A stretch of 64,000 nucleotides of DNA from an uncultured Gemmatimonadaceae bacterium (GCA_963829055.1 CAWHHI010000016.1:416001-480000), one strand, 5' to 3'. Counted from the first letter of the stretch, positions 26,729 through 40,548 are shown. A program made the numbers and translations. Notes: generated from the sequence alone by a model not told the origin.

Positions 26729-27737
26729 CTGGCCGCAGGCCGCGGCGATGTCCATCCCGCGGCTCTTTCGCACCGCGACCTCGACGCCCTCGCGCCGGAG
26801 CCACGCCGCGAATCGGCGAATGTCCTCGGCGGTCGTCGGCGTGAAGTTGCCCGCGCCGCCCGGGTGAAGCGGAATCAGGTTCACGAACGCCCGGCACTGC
26901 CGCGCCAGCTCCGCGAGCTCGCTGCGCGTGTTCGAGGCCGTCGTTCACGCCGCCGAGCATGACGTACTCGAACGTCACCCGCCGGTCGAACTCCTCGGCG
27001 GCCGCGATGACGTCCGCGAGCGGGTACTTCGTGTTGATCGGCATGAGCGTGTGCCGCAGCGCGTCGTTCGGCGCGTGAATCGAGATCGCGAGCCGGAACT
27101 GCTCCGGACGCGCCGCGAGCGCGACGATGCCCGGCAGCACGCCGACGGTCGAGACCGTGATGTGCCGCGCGCCGATGCCGAAGCCGTGCGCGTCGTTGAG
27201 AATCGTGAGGACGCTGTCGACGCGCCGTCCAGTTCAGCAGCGGCTCGCCCATGCCCATGAAAACGATGTTCGTCGCGTGAAGCGGCGGGTCGAGCAGCGC
27301 GAGCTCGCGCACCTGGCCCGCGATCTCGTACGGCTCGAGGTTGCGCGCGAACCCCATCAGGCCCGTCGCGCAGAACGCGCACCGGAGCGCGCAGCCTGCC
27401 TGCGACGACACGCAGAACGTCAGTCGATCGCCCTTCGGGAATCGCCACGGTCTCGATGTGCTGTCCGTCGTGCAGGCGGAACAGGAACTTCTCGGTGCCG
27501 TCCGCCGACGTCTGTCGCGACGCGATCTCGAGACGCGGGATGTCGAACTGTTCGGCGAGTGCGCTACGAAACGACTTCGGTAGCTCGGTCATCTCCGTCG
27601 AAGCTCGCGACCGGCGAATGCCACAGGTGCCGAACGACCTGGCCGCCGCGGAACGCGCGCTCACCACGAGCAACCGCGAAGTCGCGCACGGCCGACAACG
27701 CGGCTGCTGGATCGAGGTTCAGGAGATTGATAGTCAC
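26657..27737 (-). CDS. rlmN: dual-specificity RNA methyltransferase RlmN (frameshifted)
   Basis: [39 protein letters not shown]. Confidence 0.94.
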
Positions 27738-28649
27738 CGAAATACGCCACTCAGCACGAACTGATACGTCGGGTCGAACCCGCCAGCGCTGTCTTCTCGA
27801 GACAACCCAACGGTGTAGCGCGCATAGCGCAGGCCGAGGGCGAGGCGCAACGTGGTGTCGGTGTTGCCGTACGCGTCGGTGCGCGCGATACCGGCGCGAC
27901 CGATCCACCGTGAGTATCGCCCTGATGATGAAAACGTAATGGCCGGCGGCGGCCCCGTCGCCGAACGTGTACGAGTAGCCGACCCGCGCCTGGTGCGTCG
28001 AGTCCGCCCCGATGACCCTGGCATCGAACGCCGTGTGGAGCGACGCGTCGTCGCCCTCTCCGGCGCCCGGGCCCCAGAGGAAGCTCGACACACCGACGCG
28101 CGCATCATAGCCGAACAGGTGTTCCGCGATCACGCCACCGTCGAGCCCGAACGCTGACCCTCTCGTACGGCCGATTTCGCCCGTGCGATAGCGAACGGCA
28201 ATGCCGGACGTGATGTGCTTCAGCGAACGCCGAGCACCCGAGAGCGATAGCACGAGCGTGTTGTATGGGATTTCGCGGCCGATCGGCGCTGGGTCATTCA
28301 GCGGTCGGAGCGATGCCATTGATGGACGGCATGAACGGCTGAGAAGCCGACGGTAATGTCGTCCGGAACCGAAACGGCGATGGCGATCGAGCTGCGCGCC
28401 GACACCGCGATCCGTGCCCGTGTTCAGCGCGACGGCGGTTCCGCGAATCCGGGTACGCTCGGAAGCCGAGATGGCCGCAGGGTTCTGGAAGCCATCACCG
28501 GTATCGAGCGCGAGCGACGGCGCTTCAGCCAGCGTACCGATCGGGTAGTACAGGAGATCGCGGCCGGGAACGCGTTGCGCTTCGCTCGGGGCCGCCAGGA
28601 CGAAGGCCGCGACAGCGGCGAAGTTCAAGCAACGCATTGACTTGAGCAT
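27734..28649 (-). CDS. exported hypothetical protein, probable outer-membrane beta-barrel (frameshifted)
   Basis: Signal peptide (AAPSEA-Q), NPAAI motif, alternating beta-strand pattern, C-terminal VFR. Confidence 0.55.
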
Positions 28650-29044
28650 ACCAGTGCGGACTCTGCCGGTCAAGACGGCTCCTACCGACTGCGGCCGTGC
28701 CGCGTGTACATTTTGCGACGCGTATGCCACTACCACGCTGTCGCTTACGTTCGACTCGCCGCACCGCCAACCGGTGCGCGCCAAGGAGCACGCCTCGCGT
28801 CACGCCGCCCGGAAGCGCGGGCGACTGTCCGATTGCGCAGGCTCCTTCAGCGCTGGTGCCCGGCGCTAGACCGGGTCACGCTCATTCCCATCGACATCTC
28901 CGCACGCGCCATCGCCACGCCCGCGTCGCTTCGTTCGGTAAGCGCGCAGTGGTACGCGCTCGGCTCGTCGCGTAGCTCCGCGGTTGACGGAGCATCCGTC
29001 GCTCTCGCATTTCAAACGGCGCCCTGTCGCCGGGAGCCCGCTTC

Positions 29045-30869
29045 GTGAGTTCCACCTCGCCGTTCAAAACCGCTCTTCGCGATGTGCTCTGCGGCTCGCT
29101 CACGCAGCGAGCACGTCGGCACTCAGGTTCGCCTCGGTGGCTGGGTTCATCGCCGCCGCGACCTCGGTGGCCTCGTGTTCATCGACCTTCGCGATCGCGC
29201 CGGCATCGTGCAGGTGTCGTTCGATCCGGCGTACGCGTCGCGCCGAATCGCTGCGATGTCGCGCGCTCGCTCGGGACCGAGAGCGTCGTGCTCATCGACG
29301 GGCGAGGTCGTGGCGCGGCCGCCAGAGATGCGGAACGCCGAGCTCGCGACCGGCGACGTCGAGGTGCGCGGCGAAGTCGCTGCGCATCGTCGGTCCGGCG
29401 GAGACGCCGGTCATTCCCGTCGCGCGCAATCGCGGCGAGCCTCTCGCCGCGGAGGAGCTTCGCCTTCGCCACCGGCACCTCGACCTGCGCCGCCCGGAGC
29501 TGCAGCGACAACATCATGCTGCGCCACCGGCTGATGCAGGCGACGCGCGCGTTTCTCAGCGGCGAGGGCTTCTTCGAGATCGAGACGCCGATCCTCACGA
29601 AGCCGACGCCGGAGGGCGCGCGCGACTACCTCGTGCCGAGCCGCGTGCACCCGGGCGAGTTCTACGCGCTGCCGCAGTCGCCGCAGCTCTACAAGCAGCT
29701 GCTCATGGTCTCCGGCTTCGATCGCTACTTCCAGATCGCGCGCTGCTTCCGCGACGAGGACCTGCGCGCGGACCGTCAGCCGGAGTTCACGCAGATCGAC
29801 ATCGAGGCGTCGTTCGTCACGCGCGAGGACATCATGGCCGTCGCCGAAGGGCTGATCTGCGCGCTCTGGGCGAGCCGGCGGCACGACGGTGCCGGCCCCA
29901 TTCCGCCGCATGACGTACGCGGACGCGATGGAGCGCTACGGCAGCGACCGCCCGGACCTGCGCTACGGCCTCGAGATCAGCGACGTCGACCGACGTCTTT
30001 CGCGGCGTCGGACTTCGTCGTTACGCGAAGCAGGCGCTCGAGAGCGGCGGCCGCGTGCGCGGCATTCGCGTCCCCGGCGGCGCGTCGCTGTCGCGCAAGC
30101 AGACCGACGAGCTCGAGGCGGTGGCGAAGATCGGCCGGCGCCGGCGGGCTGCATCGCGCTCAAGCGCGTCAACGGCGCGGCTCGAAGGGCCAGGGCGCGA
30201 AGTTCCTCGCCGGAAGGCACGGCCGACCGGCTCGGCCTCGCTCGAGGGCGACCTCGGCCTGTTCGTCGCCGCGACCGGACGCCGTGTCGTCGAGCCCAGC
30301 GCTCGACCGCGTGCGGCAGGACGTGGCGCAGCGGCTGAACCTGGTTCGCCGGAGCGAGCTCGCGTTCGTCTGGGTCATCGACTTCCCGATGTTCGAGCGC
30401 GACGCGGCGACGGGCGCGCGTGGCGCCGGTCCACCACCCATTCACGGCGCCGCATCCCGACGACGTCGCGCTGCTCGCCACCGAGCCCGGCAAGGCGCGC
30501 GCGCTCGCGTACGACCTCGTGCTCAACGGCACGGAGCTCGGCGGCGGCAGCATCCGCATCAGCGATCCCGCCGATGCAGTCGCGCGTGTTCTCGGCTTGC
30601 TCGGCATCGACGACGCGACGGCGCAGGCGCGCTTCGGCTTCCTGCTCGAAGGGCTGCGCGCCGGCGCGCCGCCGCACGGCGGCATCGCGTTCGGCTTCGA
30701 CCGCATCGCGATGCTGCTCGCCGGCGCGACGTCGCTGCGCGACGTCATCGCGTTCCCGAAGACGACCGCCGCGCGCGCGCTGTTCGAAGGCGCGCCGACG
30801 CCGGTGCCGAGCGAGGACCTCGACGACCTGCACATCGCCATCGCTGAGACTGACGGAGCAACGCGTTGA
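29045..30869 (+). CDS. aspS: aspartate--tRNA ligase (frameshifted)
   Basis: [66 protein letters not shown]. Confidence 0.96.
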
Positions 30870-31833
30870 CCGACGAACAAACCACGCACCGGTTGACCAC
30901 CGAAGGCGCCGACCTGCTGACGCTGGCCGGCGTGAACGACGCCAATCTGATCGAGCTGTCGCGGCAGACGGGCACGCACGTCGCGCTGCGCGGCGACACG
31001 CTGACGCTCGTCGGGCCCGGCGGAGCGCGGTCGAGCGCGCCAGCGAGCATCGCGCAGCGCATGATCGACGCGGCGCAAGCAGCGGCATGGTGCTCGACGC
31101 CGGATGACGTCCTGCGCATGAGCGACGCGACGGCGCGCGCGACCCCGGCGAGCGGCGCGCGACGACGACGCGCATCGCGCTGCCCGGCGTCCGCACGCGT
31201 CATCCAGCCGAAGACGCCGGGCCAGGCGGAGTACCTCGGGCAGATCGCCGGACAACGACATCGTCGTCGGCATCGGGCCCGCCGGAACGGGCAAGACGTA
31301 TCTCGCCGTCGCCGCGGCCGTCGACGCGCTGACGCGAAAGCGCGTGCGCCGCATCGTGCTCGCGCGTCCCGCGGTCGAAGCGGGCGAGAGCCTCGGCTTC
31401 CTGCCCGGCGACATGCAGGCGAAGGTCGATCCGTATCTGCGTCCGCTGTACGACGCGCTCGACGACATGATGCCCGTCGAGCGCATGCAGAAGGCGCTCG
31501 AGACGCGCACCATCGAGATCGCGCCGCTCGCGTTCATGCGCGGCCGCACGCTCGGCGACGCGTTCGTGATCCTCGACGAGGCGCAGAACGCCACGGCCGT
31601 GCAGATGAAGATGTTTCTGACGCGTCTCGGCGTGAATTCGAAGATGGTGATCACCGGCGACAAGACGCAGATCGACTTGCCGAAGCGCGAGGAATCCGGC
31701 CTGATGCAGGTCGAGCGCATCCTCACCGGGCATCGACGGCATCGCGTTCCACTACTTCAACGAGACGGACGTCGTGCGTCACCGGCTCGTGCGCGACATC
31801 ATCAAGGCGTACGCCGAGGACGGCGGCGATTGA
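30866..31833 (+). CDS. phoH: PhoH-family ATPase (frameshifted)
   Basis: [43 protein letters not shown]. Confidence 0.92.
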
Positions 31834-34117
31834 GTACGTCGGTCGGGTGGTTAGGCGGCGGCGACGCCGACGATGGAAGTCCGCGCAGGTCGCGCGCTTC
31901 GCTTCCATGGCGCGCGCGCACTCATCGCGCTTGGCGTCGCCGCTGTCACGTATCTCGTCTTTCCCGCGTCACCGGCCGTCGATTCGCCGGTGCTGGAAGT
32001 CGGGTCGGTCGCGCCGGACAACGTCATCGCGCCGTTCGCCTACTCGCGTCCTCAAATCGCCCGACGAGCTCGCGAAGGAACAGAACGACATTGCGCGGTC
32101 GGTCGAGCCGATCTTCACGTCTCGTTCCCGCGGCGCTCGACACGTCCCGGGCGCTCGTCGAGCAGTTCGCTTCCGGATTGCGACGCATCAGCGGCAACAC
32201 CGACGGCCAACGCGCGGCGGCTGTCCAGGCAGCTCGGGCAACAGCTCGGCGTGCAACTCACGATGTCGGAAGCTGCGGTAGGTCGCCGTGCCCGAGCACG
32301 GGCGAAGCGGTGACGGACGCGGTGCGCCGCGCGTACGATCGCTGGCTGGCCGCAGGCGTCGCCTCTAGCGGCGTGCTCGACGCCATCCAGGGCGCGGTGA
32401 CGCTGCAAGCGCGACGGGACCGAAAGGTCCGTCAACGCGGACAGCATCGCGACGTTCGCGTCGCTGCTCATGCGCGCGCGGCTCCTGCATCCCGATCCGC
32501 GGTCGCCCGACGGCGGACGCCGCGTTCCGAAAGCTGCTCGCCGCGTTCTTCCGGCCGACCGATCGTGTACGACCGCGTGGCCACCGAGCGCGCGCGCCAG
32601 GACCTGCGCCGCTCGGTGCCTAACGTCAAGTACACGCTTGCGGCTCGGCGAGAAGATCGTCGGCGCGCACGAGGTCGTGGGACGCGAGGAGCAGCGCGAA
32701 GATGCGCGCCCTGCAGGACGAGCTCGCGCGCCGTGGCGACAGCCGCCGCAACGTCAGCCGGATCGTCGGGGCGGTGCTGTTCAACACGCTGGTCCTGACG
32801 ATCTTCGGGCTGACGCTGCTTCCTGTTCCGGCCGCAGCTGTACGCGTCCATCCGCGCCGTCCTGCTGTTCGCGATCGTCTTTCTGCATCGTGATCGTCAC
32901 GTCGTCGCTGATCGCGCATCTGCCGGCGCGGCTGCATCCCGAGCTCATTCCCGTCGCGTTCGCCGCCGTCATCGCGAGCATGCTGTTCGACCCGCGCATC
33001 GGCATGATCGCGGCGATGGTCCTCGCCGTGCTCATCGGCGGGCAGAGCGAGTTTCGCGGGACGAACGCGCTCTTCCTCAACCTCATCGGCGGCACGGCCG
33101 CGGCGTTCACGATGCGCGATCGTGCGTAATCGGAACCAGACGCAGTGGGCGGTGTTCGCGATCGCGTGCGCGTACCTCGCCGCGGCGCTCGCCATCGGCC
33201 TCACGCTCGACTTGCCGATGACGCGAGATCGCGCGCAGTGCGGGCTGGGGCGCGCTCAACGCGGTCGCGTCGCGTCGCGATCGCGATGCTCCTCCTGCCA
33301 GGTGCGGAGCAGTTCGCGGGCGTCGACACGGACCTCACGCTGCTCGAGTGGTCGGATCTCAACCGTCCGCTGCTGCAGCGGCTGAGTCTCGAGGCGCCGG
33401 GCACGTACGCGCACACGATCGCGATCGCGAACCTCGCCGAGAGCGCGTGCCACGCGATCGGCGCGAACGGATTGCTCGCGCGCGTCGGCGCGCTACTACC
33501 ACGACATCGGCAAGCTCGAAGAAGCCGCAGTACTTCGTGGAGAATCAGGCGAAGGGGCGCAACCCGCACGACAAGCTCAAGCCGAACACGAGCGCCGCGA
33601 TCATTCGGAATCACGTGCGCGAGGGGCTCGAGCTCGCGGAGGAGCACAAACTGCCGCGCGGCGTGCGCGCGTTCATCCGCGAGCATCACGGCACCGGGCC
33701 GATCTCGTACTTCCTCGAGAAAGCGAAGGAGCGGGACGGGGTACCGGCCAACTCCGCGGAGTTCGCGTATCCTGGCCCGTCGCCACAGAGCATCGAGACG
33801 GCGATCGTGATGCTCGCCGACGGCGCCGAAGCTGCCGCACGCGTGCTCAACGACCCGACGCCGCAGAAGATCCGCGAGGTGATCGATCGCATCGTGCGGC
33901 AGCGGCTCGATCAGGGACAGCTTCGCGACGCGCCGCATCACGCTGCGCGCAGCTCGAGCAGGTGAAGGAGCAGTTCACGCGCGTGCTCGCCGGGATGTAT
34001 CACTCGCGCATCGACTACCCGGCGTCGAGCGGCGGCATCACGGCGGAGTTCGGGACGCCGGAGGCTCGCGGCGCCCGAAGCGCGGCCGCCCGAACCCCGC
34101 ACCGGGCAATCCGGTAG
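31830..34117 (+). CDS. 7TM-HDIG phosphohydrolase, PgpH/YqfF-like (frameshifted; start approximate)
   Basis: Extracellular domain, TM block, [34 protein letters not shown]. Confidence 0.85.
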
Positions 34118-34153
34118 GGGCCGGCGGGCAAGCCAAGTCGTGACGTCCGCATC

Positions 34154-34629
34154 GTGAGTCTCATCGTCGACGTCACCGCGGACGGCGTTCGCACGCCGCT
34201 CGCGCGCGCGCGCGTCAGCGACCTCGCGCTCGGCGTGCTGCGCGCCGAGCGCGTGCGCGACGCCCTCGTGTCGATCGCGTTCGTCTCGCGCGCGCACATC
34301 GCGCGCTCAACCGCGCGCACCTCGGCCACTCGGGTCCGACCGACGTCATCTCGTTCGCTTCGACGAACCCACCGGGCGCCTCCGCGCGATCCGGTGATCG
34401 TCGGCGACATCTACATCGCGCCGGACGTCGCGCGCGCGAACGCCGCGCGGCTGCGGCGGAAGCGTTAGGCGAGGAGCTCGCGCGGCTCGTCGTGCACGGC
34501 ACGCTGCACGTGCTCGGACACGACCATCCCGACGGCGACGAGCGCACGAGCTCCGCCATGTGGCGCCGGCAGGAGCGGCTGCTCGCGAAGCTCCTCGACG
34601 GCTCGACGCCAGGCAAGCGCGCCAGATGA
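34154..34629 (+). CDS. ybeY: rRNA maturation endoribonuclease YbeY (frameshifted)
   Basis: [24 protein letters not shown]. Confidence 0.9.
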
Positions 34630-35884
34630 CCACGTTCATCGCGGTCATCGTCTCGATCGTCGCGTCGGCGTTCGCCGCGCATCTTCGCCGCGGCGGACGG
34701 TGCGCTGCTCGCCGTCGACCCGGGCGACTCGCGTGTCAGCCAGCACGTCCGCACGCTCGCCGATCGACGCGAGCGCCCGCATCGCGCGCTCGCGCTCGCG
34801 CGCATCCTGTCGCACCTCGTCGCCGGGTGCGCCGTCGCGGCCGCGCTGCGCTTCTCGGACCGGTCGCTCGCCGCATCGCTCGCGATCGCTGTTCCTGTCG
34901 CGCTGGTCGCCGTACTGCTCTCCGAGAGTGTCGCGCGGAGCGTCGGCGACGCCATGGGCGCGCGGGCCCTCGATCGCCTCGCGCCGCTGGTGCGCGCCGT
35001 CGAACTCGTGCTGTCGCCCGTCGTCCTCGTCGGCGCGTGGCTCGACAACGTGCTCCAGGCGCTCATCCCACCGTCGCGCGGTCGAAGAAGACCGCGAAGC
35101 GACGACCGAGCAGTTCCGCCAGGTCGTCGCCGCCGAGGCGGACGTCACCGACGCGGAGGAGACGATTCTGCACGGCGTGTTCTCGCTCGGCGACACGGCG
35201 GTGCACGAGATCATGGTGCCGCGCGTGGACATCGTCGGCATCGACCGCGACGACGCCGTGGTCGCGAGGTGCTCGACCGCGTGCGCAGCTCCGAGCACGC
35301 GCGCTTTCCCGTGTATCGACGACACGCTCGACGACATCACCGGCATTCTGTACGCGAAGGACCTGCTGCCCGTCGTCATCGCCGACGACGAGCCGATGCG
35401 CGGCTGGCACGACGCTCGTGCGGCCGGCCGCGTTCATTCCCGATCTCGCAAGACGCATCGACGTGCAGCTGCGCGACTTCCAGGCGAGCCGCACGCACAT
35501 CGCGATCGTCAGCGACGAGTACGGCGGCACCGCCGGCCTCGTGACGATCGAGGACATTCTCGAGGAGATCGTCGGCGAGATCCACGACGAGTACGACGTC
35601 GAGGAGCCGGCGGTCGAGCAGGAGGACGGGCGGCGCTTCTGGGTCACCGGGCGCGCTGACGATCGACGAGCTGTCCGAGCTGCTCGGCGCAGGACTTTCG
35701 CGCGCGACGACGTGACGACCGTCGGCGGACTCGTCTACGAGCTGTTCGGTCGCGTGCCGCGAGGCCGGCGAGTCGTTGCACGATCGGGGCTTCCGCATCG
35801 TCGTCGAGCGCGTGCGTCGGCGCCGCATCGAGCGCGTGTACTTCGAGCGCGCTGCAGCCGGCGACTGCGGAGCGTCGGTCATGA
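34626..35884 (+). CDS. hemolysin/CorC-family CNNM-CBS protein (frameshifted)
   Basis: TM N-terminus, [29 protein letters not shown], CorC C-terminal domain. Confidence 0.85.
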
Positions 35885-36894
35885 CGCTCTCAGCGTCCTG
35901 CTCATCGTCTGCGCTCGTCATCGTCGCCTGCCTCACGGCCGGCGGCGATGGCGATGCGCTCGGTGAGCCGCATCTGGCTGCGCCACTGGGTCGAGCAGCA
36001 GCTTGCGCGGGGCGCCGCAGCGCCGCGCTCTACCTCGAGCGGCCGCAGCGCTTGCTGCTCGCCGCCGCGACCGGCATCGCCGTCACCGTGCTCGTCGCCG
36101 GCGCGCTGATCGGCGCGGTCGGCGGCGCGCGCCTGCCGCATCGTCGCTCGGCGACTCGCCGTGTTCGCCGTCGTCGTGCTCGTCATCGGTCAGCTCCTGC
36201 CGCGCGCGATCGCGCGCCGCTGGCCGCCCGCCGTGCTGCCGCTCCTGCTCGCCGGTGCTGCGGGCGGCCGCGATCGTCGCTGGCGCCGTTCGTCGTCGTC
36301 GCGCGCCGCGTGTCGCGCGATCGTTCGCGCGCGAGCGCGCCGAGCGCCGGCGCACGCCGACCGCGACGACCATCCAGGATCTCCTGCGCGAGGGCGAGCT
36401 CGAGGGCGTCGGCGAGCGCGAGGAGATGGCGATCATCAGCGGCGTCGTGCAGTTCGGCGAACAAGATCGTGCGCGAGGTGATGACGCCGCGCGCCGAGAT
36501 CTTCGCCATCGACGAGCGCGATTCGCGGTCCCGAGCTCGCCGCTGCAGATCGCGCAGTCGCGCTACAGCCGCGTGCCGGTCTATCGACGACACGCTCGAC
36601 AACGTCATCGGGATGATCCACGCGTTCGACGTGCTCAAGGACACGCGGCGAGCGACGACGCCAGCGCTCCGGCCCGTCGCCGACGCGCCGGTCGACGGCA
36701 CGCCGTGCAACGAGCTGCTCTTCCGCATGCTGCGCGAGCAGCCAGCACCTCGCGATCGTGCGCGACGACGACCGGCGCAGCTCGTCGGGCTCGTGACGCT
36801 CGAGGATCTGCTCGAGGAGCTCGTCGGCGACATCCGCGACGAGCACGACGAGCCGGCACCACCGAGCCGATCGGTTCCGACGCCCGCAGCGTGA
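35881..36894 (+). CDS. second CNNM-CBS protein lacking the CorC C-terminal domain (frameshifted)
   Basis: [34 protein letters not shown], then stop. Confidence 0.8.
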   Translation: MTLSASCSSSALVIVACLTAGGDGDALGEPHLAAPLGRAAACAGRRSAALYLERPQRLLLAAATGIAVTVLVAGALIGAVGGARLPHRRSATRRVRRRRARHRSAPAARDRAPLAARRAAAPARRCCGRPRSSLAPFVVVARRVSRDRSRASAPSAGARRPRRPSRISCARASSRASASARRWRSSAASCSSANKIVREVMTPRAEIFAIDERDSRSRARRCRSRSRATAACRSIDDTLDNVIGMIHAFDVLKDTRRATTPALRPVADAPVDGTPCNELLFRMLREQPAPRDRARRRPAQLVGLVTLEDLLEELVGDIRDEHDEPAPPSRSVPTPAA

Positions 36895-36931
36895 CCTGCG
36901 ACCGGCATCCAACGGCACCAGACGCCGACTC

Positions 36932-38027
36932 GTGACGACTCCGCGTCGCCGAAGCAAACTCATCGCCGACTTCGAGGCACGCCGCCCGGCCGCGCTCGCG
37001 CGCGCGATCAGCATCGTCGAGAACCATCGCGCCGGGCTTCGACGCGCTGCTCGGCGCGCTGCACCCGCGACATCGGCCGCGCGCGGCGCATCGGCATCAC
37101 CGGGCCGCCGGGCGCCGGGAAGAGCACGATCACGACCGCAGCTCGCGCGCGGCGTACCGCGACGCGGGGCTGACGGTCGGCATCGTCGCGCGTCGATCCG
37201 ACGTCGCCGTTCACCGGCGGCGCGCTGCTCGGCGATCGCATCCGCATGGAGGAGCGTCGCGCTCGATCCCGGCGTGTACATCCGCTCGCTCGCGACGCGC
37301 GGCTCGCTCGGCGGACTCGTCGTCCGCGACGCGCGAGGTGTGCCGACGTGCTCGATGCGTTCGGCTTCGATCGCATCCTCATCGAGACGGTCGGCGTCGG
37401 GCAGAGCGAGCTCGATGTCGCGCGCACGGCGGACACGACGCTCGTCGTGCTCGTGCCCGAGTCGGGCGATTCGATTCAGACGCTCAAGGCCGGCCTGATG
37501 GAGATCGCCGACATCTTCGTCGTGAACAAGGCGGATCGGCCCGGCGCCGACCGGCTGCGCACCGAGATCGAGCTGATGCTCGGCATGCGCACCGGCGCGA
37601 CGATGCGCAACGTGCCGGCGCATCACGGCGTCGATCTGTCACGCAGATCATGAACCTGGCGCGGCATGGCTGCGCGAGGCCGCGGCGGCGCGACGACCGG
37701 ATCGTGGACGCCGCCCGTGCTGCGCACGGTCGCGGCGAAGGGCGAGGGAATCGCCGAGCTGATCGACCGCGCTCGACCGGCACTTCCGCTATCTTGAGGC
37801 GAGCGGCGCGCTTCGCGCCGGCGCCGCGCAGCGGCTGCGCGAGCGCGTCGTCGACGTGGTCGAGCGACACGACTGCGACAGCCGCCTCTGGACGCGACGC
37901 GGCGACGAACGCCTGGCTCGACGAGCGGCTGCCGGCGACTCGAAGTCGGGCACGGCGACGCCATTCGCGGTCGCCGACGCGCTGCTGGCGCGCAGCGCGG
38001 ACCTTCTGACGCGGACGACGATCATGA
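36932..38027 (+). CDS. meaB: MeaB/ArgK GTPase chaperone of B12 mutases (frameshifted)
   Basis: [33 protein letters not shown]. Confidence 0.9.
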
Positions 38028-39747
38028 CGTCGATGCGAGATCTCGACGCAACGCGGACGACGCGACGAGCGCGACGAGACCGACGCGCCGAGCTCGAACG
38101 ACTGCGCGCCGAGGTCGCCGCGTGGCGGCAGCGCCTACGAGAAGGGCGAGAAGCGCGAGATCGCGCTTCACCAACTCGCGAGCGCGAGGTCGAGCCGCTG
38201 TACACGGCGCTCGACGTCGCCGGGACGACACGGCGCGCCTCGGCGCTGCCCGGCGCGTACCCGTACACGCGCGGCATCCATCCCACGGGCTATCGCGGCA
38301 AGCTGTGGACGATGCGGCAGTTCGCCGGCTTCGGCAGCGCGACGCGACACGAACGAGCGCTTCAAGTTCCTGCTCGCGCACGGGCAGACGGGACTCTCGA
38401 CCGCGTTCGATTTCCCGACGCTGATGGGCTACGACTCCGACCATCCGCGCTCGGAGGGCGAGGTCGGCAAGACCGGCGTCGCGATCTCGAGCCTCGCCGA
38501 CATGGAGGTGCTGTTCGACGGCATCCCGCTCGACCAGGTCTCGACGTCGATGACGATCAACGGGCCGGCGATCATCCTCTGGGCGTTCTACATCGCCGCC
38601 GCGGAGAAGCAGGGCGTGTCGAGCGACGAAGCTGCGCGGCACGATCCAGAACGACATCCTGAAGGAGTACATGGCGCAGCACGCGTGGTGCTTCCCGATC
38701 GAGCCCGCGCTGCGCCTCATCGTCGACTGCTTCGAGTGGGGCGCGACGCACGCGCCGCAGTGGAATACGGTTTCGATCTCCGGCTACCACATCCGCGAGG
38801 CCGGGTCGACCGCCGCGCAGGAGCTCGCGTTCACGCTCGCCGACGGCTTCACGTACGTCGAGCGCGGCATCGCGCGCGGGCTCGACGTCGACGACTTCGC
38901 GCCGCGCCTGTCGTTCTTCTGGGACATCCACAACGATTTCTTCGAGGAGATCGCCAAGCTGCGCGCCGCACGCCGCATCTGGGCGCGTCACATGCGCGAG
39001 CGCTACGGCGCGAAGAACCCGCGCTCGCTGGCTGATGCGCTTCCACTCGCAGACGGCCGGCGTGACGCTCACCGCGCAGCAGCCGATGAACAACGTCGTG
39101 CGCGTCGCCTATCAGGCGCTGGCCGCGGTGCTCGGCGGCACGCAGTCGCTGCACACCAACTCGATGGACGAGACGCTCGCGCTGCCGACGGAGGACGCGG
39201 TGCAGGTCGCGCTGCGCACGCAGCAGGTGCTCGCGTACGAGACGGGCGTGCCGAACGTGATCGATCCGCTCGGCGGCTCGTACTACGTCGAGGCGCTCAC
39301 CGACCAGCTCGAGCGCGAGGCCGAGGCGCTGTTCGCCGAGATCGAGAGATCGGCGGCGTGGTGCGCGGGCTCGAGGCAGGGCTGGTTCCAGCGCAAGATC
39401 GCCGAGTCCGCGGCGCGCCAGCAGTGGGAGATCGAGCAGCATCGCCGCGTGATCGTCGGCGTGAACGAGTTCGTCACCGACGAGCCAGAGCTCGACGATT
39501 CCGACTGCTCAAGATCGGCGAGGACGTCGACCGCGAGCAGCGCGAGCGGCTGGCGAAGATGCGCGCCGAGCGCGACCAGGCGCTCGTGCGACGCAGCGGC
39601 TCGACGAGCTGCGCAGCGGCCGCGCGCGGCACGCGAGAACGTGTTTCCGCACATCCTCGACTGCGCGCGCGCGTACTGCACGCTGTACGAGATCCGCGCG
39701 CGCTGGAAGACGTGTTCGGCGCGTACCGCGAGCCGGTGTTCTTCTGA
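38024..39747 (+). CDS. icmA: B12-dependent acyl-CoA mutase large subunit, isobutyryl-CoA mutase-type (frameshifted)
   Basis: [16 protein letters not shown] (Phe), [11 protein letters not shown] (Gln), [20 protein letters not shown]; no B12 domain. Confidence 0.75.
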
Positions 39748-39749
39748 GC

Positions 39750-40548
39750 CCCGCGCGACGCAAGACGGCACGCGGAGTGGTGGGCGTCGTACTTCGACGC
39801 CCACTATCTGCTCGAGTACGAGCCGATCTTCGACCTCGCGCGCGATCGCCGCGAGGTCGCGCGCCTGATCGAGCTGCTCGCGCTCCCGTCCGGCGCGCGC
39901 ATGCTCGACGTGCCCTGCGGCCAGGGACGCCACGCGCACCTGCTCGCCGAGGCGGGCTTCGACGTCGACGGGCTCGACTACTCGACGCACCTGCTCGCGC
40001 GCGCGCGCGAGCGCGGCACCGGGCCGACGCTGCGCTACACCCGCGGCGACATGCGCGCGCTGCCGGCGCGCTGGACCGGACGCTTCGACGCCGTGCGTCA
40101 ACCTGTTCACGTCGTTCGGCTTCTTCACCGATCCCGCGCGACGACGCGCGCGTCGATCGCCGAGTTCGCGCGCGTGCTCAAGCCGGGCGGCATGCTCGTC
40201 TGGCACGGCGGCAGCCGCGACGGCGTGATGGCGCGCTTCCTCGCCCGCGACTGGTGGAAGTCGCGACGACGGCACGATGATCGGCCACGAGCGGTCGCTT
40301 CGATCCGCTGTCCGGCGTGCTCACGATCGACACCGACGTGGGAAGGTCCGTCGCGGACGCGGGCAGCGCGCAGCACCGCATCCGCCTCTACACGGCGACG
40401 CGATCTGGCCGAGCTCTGCCTCGACGCCGGCCTCGTCGTCGAGGAGGCGTACGACGGCTGGCACGACCGCCCGCTGCGCCGGCGGTCGGGCGAGATGCTG
40501 CTCGTCGCGCGCAAGCGCGAGTTGCCGCGCCGTCGCCGCGGCGGCTAG
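39750..40548 (+). CDS. class I SAM-dependent methyltransferase (frameshifted; start uncertain)
   Basis: [19 protein letters not shown] motifs. Confidence 0.8.

Noticed and set aside
28780..28890. Glycine or cobalamin riboswitch
   Set aside because: Only a GAAGGAGC-like fragment matches; the other conserved elements are missing.
29963..31726. Long antisense ORFs (e.g. 587 aa opposite aspS/phoH; also 15553-16746, 36436-37626, 55466-56692)
   Set aside because: Shadow ORFs expected from high GC and stop-codon scarcity; no recognisable motifs.
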